DNA of 64,000 nucleotides from Candidatus Obscuribacterales bacterium (GTDB taxonomy: Bacteria > Cyanobacteriota > Vampirovibrionia > Obscuribacterales > Obscuribacteraceae): the NCBI GenBank assembly GCA_965228855.1, contig CBDDIJ010000005.1, positions 512,001 to 576,000 on the forward strand, written 5' to 3'. The position numbers were made by a program, and so were the translations under genes. This document shows, piece after piece, positions 56,563 to 64,000 of this stretch. The first letter of the stretch is position 1. The number at the start of each line of letters is the position of its first letter. The notes below the pieces were generated by a model that made no database searches, was not told the origin of the DNA, and was given only the letters and a program-made list of their open reading frames with translations.

Positions 56563-59500
56563 TCAGCGACTGTTCAGATAATCTCGTAACCGCTCAATCG
56601 CAACCTTCCATTTCTCAGGAGGGAGACTGAAACATAACCTCGCCCAATCACCACTACGCGACCACTTTCCTGAGTTAATCAGCAACTTGGACATTTTAGC
56701 AAGCTCATCGCGCTGATCCGCCATTTTTGCAATGACGAATAAACCACCGCGGTACGGAGTATCAAGTCCATCATCGAGTTTATGCTCTTTTAAAACCTGT
56801 AGCAGTTCGTCACGCTGCGAGGTCAGCAACTTTCTTGCATCGGACAGGTAGGTGTGAACTTCGTTTTTAGCAGCGTCTATGTCAATCAGCCCGTGCGGCG
56901 CCTCTTCGAGAAAGGCAGAGTAAAGATTATCCCAGGCCCGCAATATTGATTTCGGAGGCAACTCGATTCGCGCTTGAATCTCATGAGCGAATGATTGATC
57001 CGGACAGATCATGAAGCCGGCGCGCAATCCGCCTGCAGCAAACGCCTTCGATGTACCATCAGCGAGGAAAAGGTATTTTGATTTATCAGAGGACGCAAGT
57101 CCTGTTCCAAAACTGAGGAATTGCGGAGTCCAGGCACCAAGGCGATAATCGCTCAGCATAAAGAAAATTTCGTCAGCGAATAAATAAATCTGTTGACTGG
57201 CGCAAAGGTCAAGAATTGATTTAACGGCGTTAGCGTCAAACATAAGACCGCTGGGATTATTCGGCTGCGTGAGCCACAGCAAGTCAGGTTTCTTCGGAAG
57301 CTTATCGATAGCCGCCTTTGTTATGACGAAGCCGTTGCTGTGGTCGGTCTCTACTGGCAAAATCTCAGCGCCGTGATAAACGACAGTTGGATAAATGCAT
57401 CCGTAGCTTCCGTTCGGAACCGCCACCACGGGCGGTCTGCCGAGGCGAGCGGCGAGCGTTCTCAATAAAGCACCGAATAACGGATACAGTCCCTGACCTA
57501 GTACAACTCGATCGGGAGTGACCATTTGCCCCCGAGTGAAGTGCGTGTAGGAAGTAACTCGCTGGCGCAAAAGTGAGGGCAAAGCGTCGGACGGTTCCTC
57601 AACAAAGCCTTTTACAAGTCCCTTCACGAGCAAGTCTGGAACAGGATATTCAAACTCACCATAGTCGAGCCGGATCAATTCCGGGTCCTCGACCGAGATC
57701 GGTTTTGGAGCAAAAACTTCATCGCTTGCAGCAGAGAGAAACTCTTCTCGATACTCAACATTCTTCAGTTCGTTCTGCTTCAACGGGCACACTTCAGGCG
57801 CGGGGAACGGGAAGGAAAGCAGGTCGTCGAAAAGCCACTCATAGTAGAGCTGGCTGGGATAGGGAATTCTGGAATAGGTAAGTTCCGACGCGACATCGAA
57901 CTTTTCGCTCCAGTCGGATGGAGCATTGATAAGGAAACTCAGCTCCAGGTCCGGGCACACTGTGTTTTTCACCAGACCGTAGAGGAAGATCACGTTGCTC
58001 GGCATCTTCATTTGCGATGCAATACGCAACGTCATGTTCGCTTCGAGACTGGAGTCGATATCGAAGTTGGCGGAATCGTCGATTATGTAAAACCGCTCGG
58101 GGTGCAATCTCGCCTGCTCGAACAGAGCGCCCACGTTGATCATCGAAGGACGAGTCATTGAATTGGGAGCCAGTATCAAGAGGCGGGGGGCAAGCGCATT
58201 GTCGAGCTCGAATATCTCGTGCAAATCATCGTTTGCCGATGTCAAATTCAAATGAGTGTATCCGGTGCTAGAGAATAGCTTGTCGTAAACGGAACGAAGC
58301 GATTGAGAGATTAGAACGTTATCGCCGGCACGCGCCACCATATCCAGTATCATTGAAAGCAATACGCGACGCTCGGGTGCGACAAAGATATCGTCGGGCT
58401 CCAGCGCAGTGTGGCAATAGATGCGAAGAAAGCTAGCAAGCCTTTTTCGCAGACTCATGTCGCCGCGTTCGTGCGGATACGGGAGAGCTTTAGATTTCAG
58501 AAGCGAACCAGATAAGCGCTCCAAAAAACTCATCTGCTCTTCCGACATTCGCGAAAAATCCAGTTCCTTTCGCAAAGAATCGAGCTCCAACGCTTTCAAG
58601 TTGCGCACAAAACCGAAGGTGCTTTTCTCGAAGCGCGTATTCGCTTCATACACAAGGAGATCGTGGTAAATCTGCCGATTCTTCTTGAGCAGTTTTACAG
58701 CAGTGTCTGCGCTCAATGATTGGCGCGAATGTTTTCCAAGAAAAAAGTGGAATTGAATTCCGTGCGCCTTCTCTAGTTCCACGAGCGAGGCAAGATCGGT
58801 ATCATCCGCTTGGGCAATGCGACGACTCCAGACGATCTCAGGTTGGAAACCGCGACGGACAAACATTGATTCAATCGCATGGGGACCGGGTCTTCCACCA
58901 AGGATCAATGTCACTTTTCCATTCGGCTTCAAACAAAGTTGCGACTGTTCGAGGGCACGAGCGATAAGAGGCAGTCCAAATCGATCTTCAAGAATGCCTT
59001 GCTCGAAGCAATAATTCGAGAGGTCGTATAAATCGCGTTCGCTCAAACGTTGCTCGAGGTCGTCTTCCTCTTCTTTCCCGGGATGCAGAACTTGGGGAAT
59101 GCAACCAATGATGTGATCGAAACTGTCCTTAGAATCGATGATTACCTGAAGTAAATCCGATTCCATCGCACGAAAACAGCCAACAATCGGCATCCCCGAT
59201 TGGCTCAAAATCATCGAACCGTCGGGACGTGTACCGTTGAGCCAGGCATTCAAACGCGCGGTCATGACTGCGACCGGATTGATATCGAGTCCAATGACTT
59301 CCTTAACTTGCGTCTTTGCTAACAGAACAAGACTGATCCAGCCAGACCCGGTGCCGAGTTCTACTACACGAGTTCCATGAAACTGTTCGGGATATTTGAG
59401 CAAGCCCTCTGCAAATGTCTGCCCCCACATCTCCGGAGAGAAAACAGCCGGCGTCAAAAACAATCGAATCGGCTGTTCCAAACCAGGAACGTCGACAGCA

Positions 59501-59676
59501 CGCATCATGAGATGCGGATATTTTTTCTGCGCGCAAGACTCTGCCAGACGGTGGAGCTCGCCTATTGCATCCAGACGCGTTTCGGTTTCATCCAGCCTGG
59601 CGAGCAGAGCTTCGAGCGCTCTCATGGACGCTTCCGGCGACCTGGCTGATTCTATCTGTTCTGTTATATCAATCAT
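56563..59676 (-). CDS. Plant-type methionine S-methyltransferase (MmtN-like MTase fused to PLP aminotransferase-like domains)
   Basis: PEMW..TF.EGL, ELGTGSGWIS, GLDINP, ESDLL, GCIPQVL.P, LSNYC..QG..ED.FGL.LIARA, GGRPG, QADDTD...LVE.EK; C-terminal QPNNPSG, ADEIF, SKAFAAGGLRAG. Confidence 0.88.
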   Translation of the reverse strand: MIDITEQIESARSPEASMRALEALLARLDETETRLDAIGELHRLAESCAQKKYPHLMMRAVDVPGLEQPIRLFLTPAVFSPEMWGQTFAEGLLKYPEQFHGTRVVELGTGSGWISLVLLAKTQVKEVIGLDINPVAVMTARLNAWLNGTRPDGSMILSQSGMPIVGCFRAMESDLLQVIIDSKDSFDHIIGCIPQVLHPGKEEEDDLEQRLSERDLYDLSNYCFEQGILEDRFGLPLIARALEQSQLCLKPNGKVTLILGGRPGPHAIESMFVRRGFQPEIVWSRRIAQADDTDLASLVELEKAHGIQFHFFLGKHSRQSLSADTAVKLLKKNRQIYHDLLVYEANTRFEKSTFGFVRNLKALELDSLRKELDFSRMSEEQMSFLERLSGSLLKSKALPYPHERGDMSLRKRLASFLRIYCHTALEPDDIFVAPERRVLLSMILDMVARAGDNVLISQSLRSVYDKLFSSTGYTHLNLTSANDDLHEIFELDNALAPRLLILAPNSMTRPSMINVGALFEQARLHPERFYIIDDSANFDIDSSLEANMTLRIASQMKMPSNVIFLYGLVKNTVCPDLELSFLINAPSDWSEKFDVASELTYSRIPYPSQLYYEWLFDDLLSFPFPAPEVCPLKQNELKNVEYREEFLSAASDEVFAPKPISVEDPELIRLDYGEFEYPVPDLLVKGLVKGFVEEPSDALPSLLRQRVTSYTHFTRGQMVTPDRVVLGQGLYPLFGALLRTLAARLGRPPVVAVPNGSYGCIYPTVVYHGAEILPVETDHSNGFVITKAAIDKLPKKPDLLWLTQPNNPSGLMFDANAVKSILDLCASQQIYLFADEIFFMLSDYRLGAWTPQFLSFGTGLASSDKSKYLFLADGTSKAFAAGGLRAGFMICPDQSFAHEIQARIELPPKSILRAWDNLYSAFLEEAPHGLIDIDAAKNEVHTYLSDARKLLTSQRDELLQVLKEHKLDDGLDTPYRGGLFVIAKMADQRDELAKMSKLLINSGKWSRSGDWARLCFSLPPEKWKVAIERLRDYLNSR

Positions 59677-59837
59677 TTGCACGAACTGAGTTTACTTCAA
59701 ATCGAAAGGTTCTTCTTGATTGACAACCATGAAAGAATGGAATAGCCAGAAATATTTATTTCGCCCATTACTAGACATACAACAGGTCTGTTATCCTATT
59801 CTAATTAACCACAATTCAGGAATGGATACGGCGGGCA

Positions 59838-62123
59838 ATGAGCACCAGATGGAGCCATCTGAAGGCAGACGCGGATTACGCTCTGGAGTACGGCAATTAC
59901 CAGGAAGCGGAGATGCTTTGGCAGCGTGCTTTGAAAGAAGCAGAGTCTTTCAGCAAGGATGACACACGCTTACCCTTGACGCTTGAAAAGCTTTCGGATG
60001 TGCTGTGCCAGCAGGAAAAATATTCCGACGCATTAGGATTTCTGGAACGGGCCGCGAAAATTCGTCACGAGGAACGAAACAGTCCACAAGACGAGCTTGC
60101 AGCAACGCTCTCGGATCTATGCACCGTCTATTTGCATCTCGAAAAGTTTGAGGAAGCGGAGCTTGCTGTGAGGCGAGCGCTCGAGATTTACGAGTCGACC
60201 CCCAACGAACATCAGGCGAAGCGAGGCGAGTGTTATTACGACTTGGGCCGTTTGCTTCACGCCAAAGGAGATGTTGGCGGCGCAGAAGCAGCCTATCGCC
60301 AGGCTCTTGAGATTTCGGAATCAGCGCTCGGTGAGAGTGATGTTTTCATATCAGACATTCTTTTTGCGCTTGGAACACTTCTGGATGAAGACGAGCGCTG
60401 GACAGAGTGTGAGCCATTTCTGGAAAGATGCGTGGCGATTCGCGAACAACAATTGGGCGCATCACATGCAGAAGTGGTAGCGGCCATGGGAAGTTTGGCG
60501 AACCTCTATCTCAAGGAAAACCGGTTGATAGACGCCAAAACCGCCTACGAAAAAATCTGGATCGCAATGGATAAGATTCCGGAGTCGCGGCAACCGCATT
60601 TGATACCATACATGCTGGGCATGTCGGAAATGTATGAGATGCAGGGTCACTTCGCGGACTCGGAGAAGCTCTTGAATCGCGTCTTGCGCCTGCAAAAGAG
60701 CGCGCTCAAATATGACGAGATTGAGTTGCTTCCGACGTACGACCGACTGGCGAACGTTTCAAAACTCCAGGGCAAATATCACGAGGCTGAAGAACTGCTC
60801 GGCAAGGTTCTGGAAATTCGTGAGTATCTGTTGGGAAGCGACCATCCGGATGTGGCGGAAACGCTAGATCGATTGGCTGGTCTGTATTTCGAAACAGAGC
60901 GCCATGACGAGGCGGAGCAAATTTGCGTGCGTGCCACCGAAATCTTCGAACGAGATGACGCCAGCGAAGAGGAAGTGATCAACACTTTAAAACATCTAGA
61001 CACGATTTACCGCACACAGGAAAAATATGACGAAGCTGAAAGTGTATTGATTCGTCTGTTTATTTTGCAGAAGAAACTATTTGGTTCCTGCAATGCGGAA
61101 ACAGCTGACAGCCTGGCGAACCTCGCTTTGGTTTATCAAAAGCAAAATCGTCTGGATAAGGCCGACGCATTTATGCAAAAGGCACTTGATATAAAAACAG
61201 ACGCGCTCGGCGGTGACACAGCGGAATTACAAAACTTGATTTCGAGTACGGCCGAGATAAAAGAGCAAATCGGTGACTACGACAGCGCACTGTTCCTCTG
61301 GAAGCGGCTTGAGAATCTGTATAGAGAGTCTTTCGGAGAGATGCACCCAAACGTCGCCGATGTTCTCGATCACACATCGAGGTGCCTGCAAGCCGCTGGA
61401 AAATTTGCCGAGTCTGAAGACGCGGCCATTAAGTCGCTGGCATTGCGCGAACATACATTCGGCGAGGACCACCCGAAGGTTGCGAATAGTCTATGTGAGC
61501 TTGGGCAGCTGTTCTTCGAGCAGGGAAAACTTGAAGAAGCCGAGAGAAATTACAAGCGCGCATTGAAAATGCAGCTGGATATTCTCGGCGATGAGCACGA
61601 GCAAGTTGCAGCAACTTACAGCAAACTCGGAGCGGTCGCATATCAGCAAGATAATGTCGAAGATGCTCGGGAGTACTTCGAAAAGGCTTACGAGACACGC
61701 AACGACAGATTCCCGCCCGACCATCCTGATGTATGCATTTCATTTGAAACGTTGATTACGGTTCTTCGAGAGCAAACAGAATTTGAGGATGGAGAAACTC
61801 TTTGCAAACGAGTGATTGCACTTCGAAGCAAGAAGTTGGGCTCGAGGCATATTGAGGTAGCCTACGCGATGGCGCATCTTGGTGGGCTTTATCAGGACCA
61901 GGAGAAATGGGAGAAGGCAGAGAACATGTATCGCCAGGCGATTGATGTTTACACGCTCGCTCGTGGTCGTGAAGGAATGGAGCTGGTGAACATGCTCGAA
62001 GCATACGCTCAGGTTTTGCGAGCACTCGGCAACAAAGTCAAAGCGGCTAAGATGGACACCAGAGCGAAAGCAATTCGCGATAGTCGAACCAGCACGGAAC
62101 GCGCCTTGCCCACTGTTGGATAA
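59838..62123 (+). CDS. Kinesin-light-chain-type TPR repeat protein
   Basis: Many ~42-aa repeats of the form LG.DHPDVA..L..LA.LY...G.Y.EAE..Y.RAL. Confidence 0.92.
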   Translation: MSTRWSHLKADADYALEYGNYQEAEMLWQRALKEAESFSKDDTRLPLTLEKLSDVLCQQEKYSDALGFLERAAKIRHEERNSPQDELAATLSDLCTVYLHLEKFEEAELAVRRALEIYESTPNEHQAKRGECYYDLGRLLHAKGDVGGAEAAYRQALEISESALGESDVFISDILFALGTLLDEDERWTECEPFLERCVAIREQQLGASHAEVVAAMGSLANLYLKENRLIDAKTAYEKIWIAMDKIPESRQPHLIPYMLGMSEMYEMQGHFADSEKLLNRVLRLQKSALKYDEIELLPTYDRLANVSKLQGKYHEAEELLGKVLEIREYLLGSDHPDVAETLDRLAGLYFETERHDEAEQICVRATEIFERDDASEEEVINTLKHLDTIYRTQEKYDEAESVLIRLFILQKKLFGSCNAETADSLANLALVYQKQNRLDKADAFMQKALDIKTDALGGDTAELQNLISSTAEIKEQIGDYDSALFLWKRLENLYRESFGEMHPNVADVLDHTSRCLQAAGKFAESEDAAIKSLALREHTFGEDHPKVANSLCELGQLFFEQGKLEEAERNYKRALKMQLDILGDEHEQVAATYSKLGAVAYQQDNVEDAREYFEKAYETRNDRFPPDHPDVCISFETLITVLREQTEFEDGETLCKRVIALRSKKLGSRHIEVAYAMAHLGGLYQDQEKWEKAENMYRQAIDVYTLARGREGMELVNMLEAYAQVLRALGNKVKAAKMDTRAKAIRDSRTSTERALPTVG

Positions 62124-62163
62124 CTTCAAGACCGGTTCTCGTAGTGGTACCGGTGAAAAGAAA

Positions 62164-63960
62164 CTAGTGCGAGCGAAGGCTGCTATTTTTTGGTGATACC
62201 GAATGTGATGCTCGGTTATGTCCCCTGTGCCGCACCGATCGTTTATTTTCCAAGCTAGCCGGTGCTGGTTCCGGCGCGGCCAGAGCCGGCGCAACGACAG
62301 TCGAACTCTTGTCTGGACTTGAAATAGTGATGGGCGTGGGCGGTTCTCGCATCAAAAGAGCAAACACCAATCCACCTAGTGAGACGGCAAGAAGAAAGCA
62401 GCAACCGGCAATGGCCCATGGCAGCCAGCGAATGGCAAGCTCTATCTCAGGTCGCTTCGTAGCAGCCACTCCGCTATCACCAGCCGGACTCATGCGCGTC
62501 ATGGTCGCACGCAGACTGGGGCTTATGGACGGACTCGTCAACTCAGCTTTTGCCTCGGCAGCGAGCGACGTTGACGGCGCAATTGGCGCGGGATTTGCAG
62601 AGAGAGTCTTACGCGCGGCACTCTGCTCGGTCGAAGCAACGGCGTTGATACCGCCAAAGGTTTTAGTGCCAACAGGTGAGTTCAAAGCGGCATCGTCAGC
62701 TGAACCGCCTCCTTTAGCGGAAGAAGCTCCGGAAGCGGCAGCGGGAGTAATGCCGGAGTGAGTGGTGGCACCAGGTCGAGCTGATCGCGTCGCATCGGCA
62801 GGTTGACCTGGTACGCCGGGAAAAGTGTTTGGGTTGGAAACTGTTCGAGCTGCAAGAGCGGGGAGGTTGGTTGCGGTGGACGTGGGCTTGTAATTCGCAG
62901 CAGTCGTTCCCAACGCTTTGAGACCGGTTGCGGTCGACTTGGGTGAAGCGGCAGCACGTTCAGTCAGATCCGTGTTGATGGCCTTGATCAACTCATCTGC
63001 ATCAAACTTGGTCTCATGAACTCCGACAACGGGAGCGGCTTGATCACCCGACTTGCGAGTTGAGAAACGCAGTAGATAATCGCGCGAAGCTCCTTCGAGT
63101 TGCGGCGAAAGGGCCTCGACCAGCGCGGCTTGCATCTCCGCGATTGTTTGATATCGTTCGTCGGACTTTTTGTTCAAACTCTTGAAGATAACTGATTGCA
63201 CCGCAGGCGGTATCAGTCGATCCGGGTTAGCGTGCATGAACGGCGGTGGTGGTTTCTCGATATGTGCCTGAATAATCTCATATACGGTTGTGCTCTCGTA
63301 AAACGGATCCTTTCCGGTCAACATTTCGTAGAATACGGCGCCCAGACCATAAATGTCGGTCCGCGTATCAATAGGGTCGCCGTTCGCCTGCTCCGGAGCC
63401 ATGTACGGAGGGCTGCCCCAGAGTTCTCCGGATTTCGTCAAACTGCGATTCGATTGGGTAAGTTTAGCCAAACCAAAATCCACGACTTTGACGATATCGG
63501 TGTCGTCATCCATCAGCATGATGTTGCCTGGCTTCATGTCGCGGTGAATGATTCCCTTTTTGTGCGCATGATCGAGCGCGCTCAAAACTTGCAACGAGAT
63601 GCGTGCGAATTGTTCCAGGCTCAACGGGCCATCTCGCCGGAGAAGCGCATCAAGGCTCAGTCCTTTGAGATAGTCCATGACTATGTACGGATGATGATCT
63701 TCCCCGAGAATGCAATCATATACGGTGACAACATTAGGATGACTAAGCGCGCAAAGACTGTTGATCTCATTCATGAAACGCTCACGAATCACGTCCGTGG
63801 CGTCTATTTCCATATTGATTGTTTTTATGGCGACGTGGCGATTGACGCGCAGCTGTTTAGCCTTATAGACGACACCAGCGCCGCCTGAGCCGATGACTTC
63901 CTCGATCTCAAAACGTCCATCTAGAATTTTGCCGACCAGCGGATCGGATTTTGTTATCAC
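62164..63960 (-). CDS. Hanks-type Ser/Thr protein kinase with a long low-complexity linker and TM
   Basis: GSGGAGVVY, VAIK, HRDMKPGN, DFG, GSPPYMAPE, TM WLPWAIAGCCFLLAVSLGGLVFALL. Confidence 0.94.
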   Translation of the reverse strand: MITKSDPLVGKILDGRFEIEEVIGSGGAGVVYKAKQLRVNRHVAIKTINMEIDATDVIRERFMNEINSLCALSHPNVVTVYDCILGEDHHPYIVMDYLKGLSLDALLRRDGPLSLEQFARISLQVLSALDHAHKKGIIHRDMKPGNIMLMDDDTDIVKVVDFGLAKLTQSNRSLTKSGELWGSPPYMAPEQANGDPIDTRTDIYGLGAVFYEMLTGKDPFYESTTVYEIIQAHIEKPPPPFMHANPDRLIPPAVQSVIFKSLNKKSDERYQTIAEMQAALVEALSPQLEGASRDYLLRFSTRKSGDQAAPVVGVHETKFDADELIKAINTDLTERAAASPKSTATGLKALGTTAANYKPTSTATNLPALAARTVSNPNTFPGVPGQPADATRSARPGATTHSGITPAAASGASSAKGGGSADDAALNSPVGTKTFGGINAVASTEQSAARKTLSANPAPIAPSTSLAAEAKAELTSPSISPSLRATMTRMSPAGDSGVAATKRPEIELAIRWLPWAIAGCCFLLAVSLGGLVFALLMREPPTPITISSPDKSSTVVAPALAAPEPAPASLENKRSVRHRGHNRASHSVSPKNSSLRSH

Positions 63961-64000
63961 GCTGCCTTCTTCAGATGCGGCAGACGGATCGGCATGAAAT

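Overview
Gene-dense bacterial chromosomal window; I found no rRNA, tRNA, CRISPR array, prophage or IS element. Gene content (several Hanks-type Ser/Thr kinases, TPR/Sel1 proteins, many orphan secreted proteins, a homolog of a cyanobacterial/plastid membrane protein, no photosynthesis genes) suggests a non-photosynthetic cyanobacterial relative such as Vampirovibrionia/Obscuribacterales; this is inference. Left to right: a metal (probably zinc) homeostasis locus (Sel1 gene, two COG0523 GTPases, rpmG, Fur-family regulator, CooC-like ATPase, two 7-2-7 Fur-type boxes); lipA plus an E1a/E1b/E2/E3 2-oxoacid dehydrogenase operon; an unannotated three-gene cluster of ~450-aa 11-residue-repeat helical proteins, one with a very long acidic disordered region, followed by an ADP-ribosyltransferase-like gene; orphan secreted proteins and metabolic genes (mmsA, desaturase, patatin, amidohydrolase, gdhA, OPT, MOSC); a YIDPGTG microprotein with a NoeA-like kinase-methyltransferase; an atypical class A beta-lactamase fold lacking Glu166; and a full-length plant-type methionine S-methyltransferase/PLP fusion. 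The best candidates for something new are the hendecad-repeat trio (13361-20886) and the MMT fusion (56563-59676). All family assignments are by-eye motif recognition, not database searches.
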